The position numbers were made by a program, and so were the translations under genes. This document shows positions 24,101-30,035 of a stretch of DNA of 64,000 bases, one piece after another. How positions within the stretch are numbered: position 1 is the stretch's first letter; the number at the start of each line of letters is the position of its first letter. Origin of the DNA: Nitrosopumilaceae archaeon (GTDB lineage Archaea > Thermoproteota > Nitrososphaeria > Nitrososphaerales > Nitrosopumilaceae); the NCBI GenBank assembly GCA_965203465.1, contig CBDBCR010000003.1, forward strand, positions 416,001-480,000, read 5' to 3'. The notes under the pieces are model-generated. The model was given only the letters and a program-made list of their open reading frames with translations. It had not been told where the DNA came from and did not search any database.

Positions 24101-26053
24101 GGCCCCGACGCTGTCGAGCATGTCGATGCTGCCGGCGCCCCGCGTCACGTCGTAGGAGAACGTTATCGTCACGACGCCCGGATTGGGGTTGAAGTTGAAA
24201 TGCGTGTGGGTTACGCGCGGGGGCTCGATGGTCAGGGGCACTGACTGCGCCGCGTTCGAGAGGCCCGAGACGGTGGCCGCGTTGGCCTCGGCGTACATCG
24301 TCGGCGTGTTCATGGCCGCCACCCGCGCGTACTCGGCGGCCGTCAGCTTTGCAGAGTGTGTGACCGCCGTGCCGGACAGCGTCAGATGTACGTCGGTGCC
24401 CGGCGTGAACGCGTCGTCCCCGGCGGGCCCCACGTACACCCTGCCCGGGATAGGCGGCGCGGCGACCCGCTCGCTGAACGTGGCCGACAGCGTCAGGCTC
24501 GACGGCGCCAAGTGGGCGGAGGCAAGCCGCGGCGAGAGGACCACGTCCTGCCCCGAGGTCAGCGCGTCGTTGCCTGTGCCGCCCGAATCGACTGCCGCCG
24601 AGGCGCCCAGGTACACGTACGGGCTGGACATGGCGTTGATCTTGGTCAGGGCGCTCGAAGCCCACGTGAACGTGAGCGCGGAGCCGGATGCTGAGACCGC
24701 GCTGTGGCTTGCGGCCACCCGCACGTCCGTCGCGGCGTCGTGCGCGGCGCCGGGGCCGTCGCGTATGTCGATGTTGCCGGTCCCCTTCGTGACGGACTTG
24801 TCGAACGTGAGCACGGCCGCCCCCGAGGCCCGGTCTATCGTGGCGGCCGACAGGCGCGGGGGCGGCTCGCCGACCGTCAGCGACACGACCGCCTTGCCGT
24901 TGGCCGCGCCCTCCGAGTCTTTGACGGCCCCGGCCTCGAGGTGCAGGTGCGGCGTCTGCATGGCCTGCACCTTTGCCACCCCGCCCGACGTGAGCGTCGA
25001 GGTGCCGACCGTGCCGGATATGGCCAGGACGCCGGCCACGTCGGTGGCCAGGTCGTAGTCGCCCGAGGCGCTTCCGCGTATGTAGAACGCGCCGTTCTCC
25101 CTCGTGACCGCCTCGTCGAACGTGACCGACAGGGCGCGCGTGGAGGGTAAAAGATCCGCCACGGTGGGCCGCGGCAGGAAGTTTATCGCCTTTTGCATGA
25201 CGGCGTTGTCCTGTTGCACAGTAGAGCTGAAATTGTTGTTCACGCCAGAAAACGCCTTGGCGTCGACGTGCAGGTGCGGGTGCGCGTACGCGACGACCGT
25301 GTTGACCTGGGTCGAGGTGAGAACGAACCGTATCTCGTGCGGAGGCCAGCGGTGCACGCTGGGGGTGTTGTCGTCCTTGTTCATGGTGATGCCCCCGGTC
25401 GAGGCCGTCGAGCCGTCGCGTATGTGGAATTTTGTGGAGTTGTCTCCGTGCGTGTTGTATAGGTTGTCAGGAAAACTGGCGCCGTTGAGGTAATTCCCAT
25501 AAGTCAGGGCCTCGTCCGCGACTATGGACAGCACCCCGCTTGCCCTGTCCAGCGTGAGGGTGACGATCTCCGGCTTGGCGTCGTCGTGTGATACCGGCAC
25601 ACGCGGCCCGTGCCGCCCGTCCTGGCCGGGCACTCCGTACTGCGGGAGGGCCGTCTGGGTGTCTGCTGACCGCAGCGCCGAGCCGTCTATGTAAAGGGAC
25701 ATAGCACCTGCGGTAATCCTGCGTATGATTTCTCCGGCATACGGCAGATAGTACACCTTTACCGTGTTCCCTTCGAATTCCATGGAAGAGCCGGTCGCGC
25801 TGCGGATTTCGCTGGAGGAAGAGTAGCCCCTCTTGAGCACTATCTTGCCCAGCGCGTCCTCTTCGCTGGTCTGCCATTCCATCGGGGTGTTGAGGGTTAT
25901 GGTCAGGACGCCGGCCCACGTGCCGTCGTTGTTGGTGTCCAAGGCCACGCTGGACACCGAAGGCGTCGTGGCGTGCGCCTCCGATACGGCGCCGGCCGCC
26001 GCCAAGCAGAGGACCGCCGCCGCAAGCGATCCCGCGCACAGCCTGCTTTGCAT
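15104..26053 (-). CDS. Giant secreted surface protein (3,649 aa) built of Ig-like/SwmB-like repeats with a Cys-containing C-terminal domain
   Basis: ORF track. Signal peptide MQSRLCAGSLAAAVLCLAAAGAVSEAHA. Many P..SSA.LD..TG.LT.TF.E and P....A..T..N.ITVTFSE...D..GN.L repeats. Confidence 0.92.
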   Translation of the reverse strand: MQSRLCAGSLAAAVLCLAAAGAVSEAHATTPSVSSVALDTNNDGTWAGVLTITLNTPMEWQTSEEDALGKIVLKRGYSSSSEIRSATGSSMEFEGNTVKVYYLPYAGEIIRRITAGAMSLYIDGSALRSADTQTALPQYGVPGQDGRHGPRVPVSHDDAKPEIVTLTLDRASGVLSIVADEALTYGNYLNGASFPDNLYNTHGDNSTKFHIRDGSTASTGGITMNKDDNTPSVHRWPPHEIRFVLTSTQVNTVVAYAHPHLHVDAKAFSGVNNNFSSTVQQDNAVMQKAINFLPRPTVADLLPSTRALSVTFDEAVTRENGAFYIRGSASGDYDLATDVAGVLAISGTVGTSTLTSGGVAKVQAMQTPHLHLEAGAVKDSEGAANGKAVVSLTVGEPPPRLSAATIDRASGAAVLTFDKSVTKGTGNIDIRDGPGAAHDAATDVRVAASHSAVSASGSALTFTWASSALTKINAMSSPYVYLGASAAVDSGGTGNDALTSGQDVVLSPRLASAHLAPSSLTLSATFSERVAAPPIPGRVYVGPAGDDAFTPGTDVHLTLSGTAVTHSAKLTAAEYARVAAMNTPTMYAEANAATVSGLSNAAQSVPLTIEPPRVTHTHFNFNPNPGVVTITFSYDVTRGAGSIDMLDSVGATYNAATHVRLSVADATVSGKNLIFTLTDAQRQKGLAQATALNVVRLPSGAVSGLGGNNPADTRTVDTRTLDGTPPTLVSASLDDATGVLTLTFNEAMDASSLRLQHVRLQDGAAASGGTALSGATVQSVDGVSITVTLTSGQRTAAAGYADLHVRFVIVDAIRDMSSNPLHAVTKAVSTTNDTTAPTLSSAALDEGTGILTLTFSETVDVSSASDGTQFEIRGGASAADGSAGEVTLSTAEIQSGQSDGTAFKFVLNETSRQAVISLSDPHMYIAAGAITDTATPTANSIAAKAAGTDISQTFDDDAPSVSSADMHEDTGILTVTFDETVDVSSADGAKFEIRDGASATDNLAGEVVLSTAEIQPGQSDGLELKFKLSETSRQGVIALADPHLYAVAGAINDAITMANSGRAPNANDADADGTDMDQTFDTSPPEVSSVALDEGTGILTITFDETVDVSSANGAQFELRDGASATDNLAGEVVLSTAEIQSGQQDGAEFKFELTEDSRQGAIAMTAPHLYVAAGAINDAITMTNSGVPPNAIAANTDGTVIGLTPDGVAPTIVSAEATALNKITVTFSEKAKTTHTGGEGWSVSGTDAGTLHVTQNSDISSGATEVVLTLSGNLPDTNPDIALRYEISGTDVGSDAGSGSGAVADTSNNALAARSNIAVSDGIKPEITSARITGPNEITITYSEAVTAAQSDYASALVGTARTISTLSGGTTDTHTLTFSGAAAGSDATGSVTLDATQIQDAAGNALGTSASLSRNLADGQTSDISSAVLDMQFDNPRLVLSFDGPVDQASFDPTKIFVTNSTPQKTRGSVDLSLAPTFSGNDVTIGIKNNATGQSSLTDIENEFDGIIRLVSGYRMEARAGAWEEPGGASNAAGMYSVEYRTSTSTSLTSFEPRKSFTAALGANDRFAVTADDGESGEGYQSRPGSSAWTGHVFLIQDGAVVADKRESGSTALVGGTHPFNTLIATAAFDVSVLDRTKDTTVRVEYHPSSWSCTAGVTCGHVGSGAGYVYEKTVGYQEISIPQLQSARIGDGMLVLGFDVDMDVELSDLTKASVREKGTTSPVVELANSTLTAGASDSTILVDLGTNLDGVQSMTQPELVLQSAAFSAGPSRETEAATMDVAKDATAPSVSSATVASRNTIEVQFSERVGLANTGTAPFGWTISGADAESRQVSSISGITTGSVAYSATLTLDGDIADSTKPRINVAYSGGNIEDMAGNALAARPATAAGDGIAPTFTAKATAPDEITVTFSEDLSVSDETGQGWSISGTDAPSHTVDSSTPVSEGSSVVLTLSSDLADTRPDGVVLRYETSGTDVPGDAGSGSGTIQDPSSNAMEPATATVSDGVAPTVSSSKYVSRTSVEVTFSEPVRLASGSVPSGWHVSGTDRGDATGASAAAGFPTSDSAPTATLTLDNNLADKTNLDFTLSYASSGNLEDVGGNALASYSASPSDGIAPTIVSAESRALNEITVTFSEAVSATSTGASATWQLSGSGLPAGVTVSGNPAISSSSTVLTLSGNLSTPIGVVELAYVASAGDIRDGSSNALAAQSVSVSQNLPPTISSAKITGPNRATITYSEPVTASAGAYSGLTVGTARSITSYTQTSAAAHVLVFGGPAAGTGAAGTLTIDQSKISDGVLNLGTSSVQRNLTDGQAPTFSAGVTDSRTVLVAFSEQVSSSDNDKSHWTLSGADAQAVSSVSALSNSGTMTIAVGADFAANVADLKISYSAAGTVSDSAGNVLASVSNAAVSDEQRPSIDSAVAGTDNSITVTLTRNSAGSATDAGTTWTLSGTDATGLSVSGYPGISSDTVILALSGNLPDTAPDLSISYNASVGDIADSAGKQMTDQTVPVSDGLKPRIDGAALNEGTGVLTVTFTERVTVTSGLHLRESGSAGGIPLPSASGTVLSFTLSEAQRQQAVAFETPSLRMDAGAAADGAGLSSEAADVRVSATADAVPPVAGSAFLDLGTGILVISFDENLGPAADPSPLSISGSLAGAQVSVSGSTATVTLTEQQRQAAIGQPSPSLVLGAGAFRDVSGTGSAPATLPLRTVPDDDRPGLVTAALNTDTSVLVLEFDETMDASAFSAQLPHVRVTGGAQEIPVSGTVSLDGVKVRVQVDRSTLNAVLDSISASLRLETRGAQFEDTSGNAAPQADVELAIGDDSPPRLVSASVISPDTVLAIFHEDLDGSTVAPSDFDVGGLVPVSASEERGTVTLKLDAEYDERSAPTVSLAGPVSDLFGNTQNSGSVQSVNNIVRVAISQFTVSASGGLAVAGEQISISFRATEQVQNPALSINGDSVPVMPAENGFTASYAVPPGSPQGPLSVSLTVESRTGTPASFTERDLTGPNVSVDTVPPEILSASASGTDSATIRYSEPVLAGASGASVEVSSVTYAASVSGSGSETILVYWDGAGEVPPSAILRGLAVRDIAGNPGPSGPVSAGASSDAASPGPTGVLPIAKGTTLRTVTVPAGIEPALDLSSASATDPRVLSAGGRTAELENPLSVITREPGLPDLFFQAGTEVGGLAGLTVADVSLEAAVLVSPSDYEVPSGSPALDAYPELRNPATAVLVGSPVSDIAFSKPVRIEFDVPLSGLVFTVNAAGDVLPIPACAEGYGGAVPLLQEAPDLWPPETYDPLACVSEDSVWTLHFSVFGVAYRVSGGSECDDCTPPTLGYDAYGARLVDGGFAYNGLASDVEYFFTPYPLIESEVGKQNTVSLKIYENEGPQNVQRVSIAFGLRSGEVISESKAVINYDILHDGTGALSVIDPENAIGDSPSASHEVVECAAGSALECLSVTVNHSFRAPLEFDIVGTDVWDSQRNSWQNYFNHGLRITGESMNPVPGVAVNGGSLVLHPIAEGSNNVEVMAGEDGALYRLSPGGLYEPLRNISSLFHSIDESMYTYRGTPMQGYDRSDPEFAGMLEEQIELAKAVLERMNLGRQGWHEGFEESEQSVHAAIDRMERLQESLQSERERAERIFLDRYGQMDRPE
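22440..23560 (-). repeat. Three tandem ~121-126-aa repeat units within giant protein 2
   Basis: CTGGATCTCCGCGGTGGACAGTACTACCTC at 22631 and 23009 (378-bp period); variant copy at 23372. Confidence 0.85.
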
Positions 26054-26057
26054 CTCG

Positions 26058-26069
26058 CCCCCCCCCCCC
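26058..26069 (-). repeat. G12 homopolymer (coding strand) between the TATA box and ATG of giant protein 2
   Basis: 12 consecutive C on the + strand. Minus-strand context TTATAA-GAGCC-G12-CGAG-ATG. Confidence 0.95.
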
Positions 26070-26074
26070 GGCTC

Positions 26075-26080
26075 TTATAA
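26075..26080 (-). promoter_or_regulatory. TATA box (TTATAA) of giant protein 2
   Basis: Same TTATAAG heptamer as upstream of aroC (36892-36886). A second AT-rich box lies at 26104-26097. Confidence 0.6.
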
Positions 26081-26205
26081 CCATAACCGTCGCGGGTTAA
26101 ATATCCGCTAGGCCGCGCCGGGCCGCAAGTACGCGCGGGGCCGCAGATTCCCGTCAACGCCGCCCGCGTGAAGAGATCGGCGCCCGCGCCGGGCCGGGGC
26201 GCGCA

Positions 26206-27093
26206 TCACCTGCGCCCGAGCATCGCAAGCAGCAGCGCCTTTTGCGCGTGCAGCCGGTACTCGGCCTCGTCCCAGACCGCCGAGCGAGGGCCGTCTATGA
26301 CCGAGGCGTCCACCTCTACCCCGCGCTTCGCCGGCAGGCAGTGCAGGAACACCGAGTCGCCGGCCGACGCATTCATGAGGGCCTCGGTGACGCGGTACTT
26401 TGGGGACAGTTTCTTGATCCTGCCCGTCCCGCCGTGCATGGAACTGAACGTGTCGGTGGCCACCACGTCGGCCCCCGCCGCCGCCTCGGCCGGATCGCGC
26501 AACAGTTCCACGGCGCCGCCGGCCGCCTCGACCACCCCGCCGTCCGGCTCGAGGCCCGCCGGCGTGGCCACCCGCATCCGGGATCCGGCCAGCGCGCACG
26601 CCTCTATGAGTGAGTTGCACACGTTGGAGCCGTCCCCTATCCAGGCGATCTCGAGCTTGTCCGTCCTGCCCTTGCGGTCCAGCATGGTGGCAAAGTCGGC
26701 CAGCGCCTGGCACGGGTGGTGCGTGTTGGACAGGCCGTTGATGACCGGCACCGAAGAGTGGCGGGCCAGCTCCTCGACCTCCGAGTGCGCATAGACGCGC
26801 GCCATGATGCAGTCTACGTACCGCGAGAGCGTCCGGGCGGTGTCGGCCGCCGACTCTCCGCGCGATGTCTGCATGGATTGCTGATCCAGGTTGAGCGCGT
26901 GCCCTCCGAGCTGCGCCATGCCGGCCTCGAAGCTTGCCCGCGTGCGCGTGGACGGCTTGCAGAAGATCATCGCCATCGTCTTTCCCTTCAGCGGCTGCCC
27001 GCGCGCGCCGCGCTTTTTAATCGAGACGGCCCGCCTCACCAGGTAGGAGAACTCTTTCCTGCCCAGATCCGAGACAGCCAGAAAGTCCTTCAT
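26206..27093 (-). CDS. argF: Ornithine carbamoyltransferase
   Basis: STRTR, HPCQ and HCLP motifs. ATGA overlap with the ftsY stop. Confidence 0.95.
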   Translation of the reverse strand: MKDFLAVSDLGRKEFSYLVRRAVSIKKRGARGQPLKGKTMAMIFCKPSTRTRASFEAGMAQLGGHALNLDQQSMQTSRGESAADTARTLSRYVDCIMARVYAHSEVEELARHSSVPVINGLSNTHHPCQALADFATMLDRKGRTDKLEIAWIGDGSNVCNSLIEACALAGSRMRVATPAGLEPDGGVVEAAGGAVELLRDPAEAAAGADVVATDTFSSMHGGTGRIKKLSPKYRVTEALMNASAGDSVFLHCLPAKRGVEVDASVIDGPRSAVWDEAEYRLHAQKALLLAMLGRR

Positions 27094-28373
27094 TTGAAGA
27101 ACCTCGAAAACCCGCGCTTTTTCTTTGAACCGGGCCGCCCCTGCGCTATCCACTCCCTGATGCGCTCGGCCGCCGCGGCCGCCTCGGAGTCGGACTCGGG
27201 AGGCGGCATGTCGTGCAGCTTTGCGTATTCGGAAATGTCCGCGTCCTCGATGCCGGCGAACGGATCGGATTCTGCCTGCTCTGCCCGCGGTTCCGGCGCA
27301 GGTTTCGGTTCGGGTTCGGGCGCCTCTGCGGGTTCCGCACGCGGTTCCGCGGGCCCGGGCTCTGCCGGTTCCGGCGGCGCTGGTTCCGGCGCAGGTTTCG
27401 GTTCGGGTTCGGGTGCCTCTGCGGGTTCCGCACGCGGTTCCGCGGGCCCGGGCGCCGGATCGATCGCCGGGGAGGCCTGCGATCCGAAGACGGCCTCCAT
27501 GAACAGGTCCTTGTCGAACGGCCTCAGGTCGCCGTACTCCTGCCCCGTGCCGACGAATATGACCGGCCTGCCGGTAGCGTGCGCTATCGAGAGCGCCGCG
27601 CCGCCGCGCGCGTCCGCGTCGGCCTTTGTGAGCATGGCCGCGTCGAACTCGGTGTGCCTGTAGAACTCGCCCGCCTGGCTGAGCGTGTCGTTGCCGGCCA
27701 GCGAGTCGCCGACGAATATCTTGAGGTCCGGCTTGACCACGCGCGTTATCTTGGATATCTGCTCCATGAGGTTGGAGCTTGTCTGCATGCGGCCGGCCGT
27801 GTCCACCAGGACGCAGTCGGTGCCGTGCGACTTCGCGTACAGGACCGCGTCGCGCGCCACCGCGGCCGGATCCGATCCGTAGTTCTGCGCCACTATCTTG
27901 ACGTTGAGCCTCTTTGCGTGCTCTTTGAGCTGCTCGATGGCCCCCGCGCGGAACGTGTCGGCGGCGGCTATGACCACCGAGTGCCCCGAGGCGCGCAGCA
28001 TGTGGGCCACTTTGGCCAGCGTGGTGGTCTTGCCCGTGCCGTTTATGCCGACGAACACGACCACGCACGGCCCCTCCGAGCCGGACACCCGGGACAGCAG
28101 GTCCACGCTCCCGGCGCCGTCGAGCACCGACGAGACGGCCCCGACCAGCGCGGCGCGTATGGCCTCCTGCGCCGACTTTTTCTCCACCACGGCGCCCACC
28201 AAGCTTTCGCGCGCGCGCCCGCGTATGGCAGAGGCCACCTCCACCGAGACGTCCGACTGCAAAAGCGCCATCTCCAGCTCCTCGAGCGCCCCGTCCACCT
28301 CGCCGGCCCCCAGCGCCCGCTCGCCGAGGCGCTTCGAGGCGGCAGAGAACGCCCCCTTTAGCCGCTCAAACAT
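27090..28373 (-). CDS. ftsY: SRP receptor GTPase FtsY with Pro/Glu-rich C-terminal linker
   Basis: GINGTGKTTT, DTFRAGAIEQL, DTAGR, TKAD, GGAALS motifs. Confidence 0.95.
   Translation of the reverse strand: MFERLKGAFSAASKRLGERALGAGEVDGALEELEMALLQSDVSVEVASAIRGRARESLVGAVVEKKSAQEAIRAALVGAVSSVLDGAGSVDLLSRVSGSEGPCVVVFVGINGTGKTTTLAKVAHMLRASGHSVVIAAADTFRAGAIEQLKEHAKRLNVKIVAQNYGSDPAAVARDAVLYAKSHGTDCVLVDTAGRMQTSSNLMEQISKITRVVKPDLKIFVGDSLAGNDTLSQAGEFYRHTEFDAAMLTKADADARGGAALSIAHATGRPVIFVGTGQEYGDLRPFDKDLFMEAVFGSQASPAIDPAPGPAEPRAEPAEAPEPEPKPAPEPAPPEPAEPGPAEPRAEPAEAPEPEPKPAPEPRAEQAESDPFAGIEDADISEYAKLHDMPPPESDSEAAAAAERIREWIAQGRPGSKKKRGFSRFFK
27289..27453. repeat. 72-bp direct repeat (two copies, 93-bp offset, 1 mismatch) in the FtsY linker
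   Basis: 27289-27360 vs 27382-27453, encoding PGPAEPRAEPAEAPEPEPKPAPEP twice. Confidence 0.9.
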
Positions 28374-28779
28374 TCCCGCCCGCCTGCATCTTGCTTGCAA
28401 GCGCGTCTAGCTCGGCGCGCGCCCTCTCCAGGCGCTGCCGCGTCTCCCCCAGCCTGGCCGACGCCTGGGCGGCGGCGGCCTCCAGTTCCTTGGAGCGCGC
28501 CTCCAGGTACAGCATCGCCTGGTCGCGGCCCTTTTCGACCGCCACGCCCGAGCCCACAGAGACCACCACGGCGCTGTCCGGCTCCACCCGGGCCCGGACG
28601 AAGACGCCGGCGCCGACCGGCATGAGAGCCTCGCCCGAGGCCGCCCGCACGGCCTCGATGGCCGCGTGCGTGTTGCGCATGGCCCCGTCGATGGCGGCCA
28701 AGTGCTGCGACAGGGCCTGCTCGGCGCCGGCCAGCTGCTCGGCCTCTGCCACCAAGCGCATGCCTTGCTCCTGGCTCAT
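28366..28779 (-). CDS. pfdA: Prefoldin alpha subunit
   Basis: Coiled-coil arms with LMPVGAGVFV and VVSVGSGVAVEK hairpins. TTTATAA 30 nt upstream. Confidence 0.9.
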   Translation of the reverse strand: MSQEQGMRLVAEAEQLAGAEQALSQHLAAIDGAMRNTHAAIEAVRAASGEALMPVGAGVFVRARVEPDSAVVVSVGSGVAVEKGRDQAMLYLEARSKELEAAAAQASARLGETRQRLERARAELDALASKMQAGGNV

Positions 28780-28826
28780 GGCCCGCCGGCCCCGCGCGGC
28801 GGTTATAAACCGTGTTTCGGCGTCGG

Positions 28827-29318
28827 CAGTTAACCCAAAAGTTCCGCCGACGGGCGGACGGTTTCCGATCGCGAATCGGCCAAAACTGGGCAAAACGGCG
28901 GCAGCATCCAAAAGACTGGCGCGTCCAGCTCTGTCCTGCGCGCGGCCCGAGCCGGCCGGCGCCGGCGCCTGCGCCCGGATCCGGGAGGCGGCGCGGACCG
29001 GGCCACGGGGGGGCGCAGCGTCCCCGCCCGCCCCGGGCCGTCTTGTCGGATCAGCCGGGCGGCCCGGGTCCGGACTGCAGTACGAACAGCATCGCCGGCT
29101 CCGGTCCCTGCACGGAGCAACCCCAGGCGGCCCACGGCCTCGGTGAACCCGTCCATCATCCGTTCATGTGTGGGACGATCGTCCCTGCGAGCTCGTCCCG
29201 GGCGGTTCCTTTCCATTCCTGTTGAGGCGTCGTCCAGGGACGGCCGTTTTTGGATCTTTCGGTGGGCCCTGCCGGCGATCGCTTTTCCGGCCTTGGCAAG
29301 GTGCTTTTGGGTTAACTG
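28827..29318. mobile_element. Non-autonomous IS derivative (MITE-like) with perfect 15-bp terminal inverted repeats CAGTTAACCCAAAAG
   Basis: CAGTTAACCCAAAAG at 28827-28841 and its reverse complement at 29304-29318. No intact gene inside. A homologous degenerate end occurs at 52767-52870. Confidence 0.7.
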
Positions 29319-29386
29319 GGCGGCTGCCGCTCCCCGCGCGCGGGCCCCTGCGCGGGCGCGGAACTTGCAAAAAAGAAAAGGCCGGC

Positions 29387-30004
29387 CTAGCGGGCCTTTG
29401 AGAACCTGGATTCTACCTCGTCCCAGTTTACGGTGTTCCACCACGCCGCGACGTAGTCGGGGCGCCGGTTCTGGTACTTTAGGTAGTAGGCGTGCTCCCA
29501 CACGTCGCAGCCGAGCAGCGGCACGAGGCCCTCGGTGCGCGGGCTGGTCTGGTTCGGCATCGACTTGTAGGCCACCTTGGAGGAGGACGGATCGTAGACG
29601 AGCCACCCCCACCCGCTACCCTGGATGACGGCGGTAGTCGACGAGAACTTTTCCTTGAACTGGTCGAACCCCCCGAACGCCGACGATATGGCGTCGGCGA
29701 CGGATCCCCCGGGGGCGCCTCCGCCGCCCGGCTTCATCGACTCCCAGAACAGGCGGTGGTTGTCGTAGCCGCCCCCGTTGAAGTTGACCGCGCCCCGGAC
29801 GCCGTCCGGCACGGAGCCGAGCTTGGCGAGCAGCTGCGGCACCTGCAGTTCCTGCAGGTCCGCTGGGCACTTTTCGAGCGCCGCGTTGAGCTTGTCGGTG
29901 TAGGCCTGGTGGTGCTTTGTGTGGTGTATCTCCATGGTGCGCGCGTCTATGTGCGGCTCTAGCGCGTCGTACGCGTACGGCACGGAGGGAAGTTGGTGCT
30001 TCAT
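29387..30004 (-). CDS. sod: Fe/Mn superoxide dismutase
   Basis: HHTKHH and DVWEHAYY motifs. AATAAAT 30 nt upstream of ATG. Confidence 0.95.
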   Translation of the reverse strand: MKHQLPSVPYAYDALEPHIDARTMEIHHTKHHQAYTDKLNAALEKCPADLQELQVPQLLAKLGSVPDGVRGAVNFNGGGYDNHRLFWESMKPGGGGAPGGSVADAISSAFGGFDQFKEKFSSTTAVIQGSGWGWLVYDPSSSKVAYKSMPNQTSPRTEGLVPLLGCDVWEHAYYLKYQNRRPDYVAAWWNTVNWDEVESRFSKAR

Positions 30005-30035
30005 TGGCCCGGCCCGGCCCGCTCGCCATTTATTG

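Noticed and set aside
28990-29300. Possible RNase P RNA, SRP RNA or C/D-box sRNA (AAACGGCCGTCCC, GGAGCAAC, ATGATG...CCGA motifs)
   Set aside because: The GAGGAA.GTCC/ACAGAA P4 strands and the SRP helix-8 GNRA motif are missing. The region is bounded by TIRs and partly repeated at 52767-52870, which fits a mobile-element remnant better.
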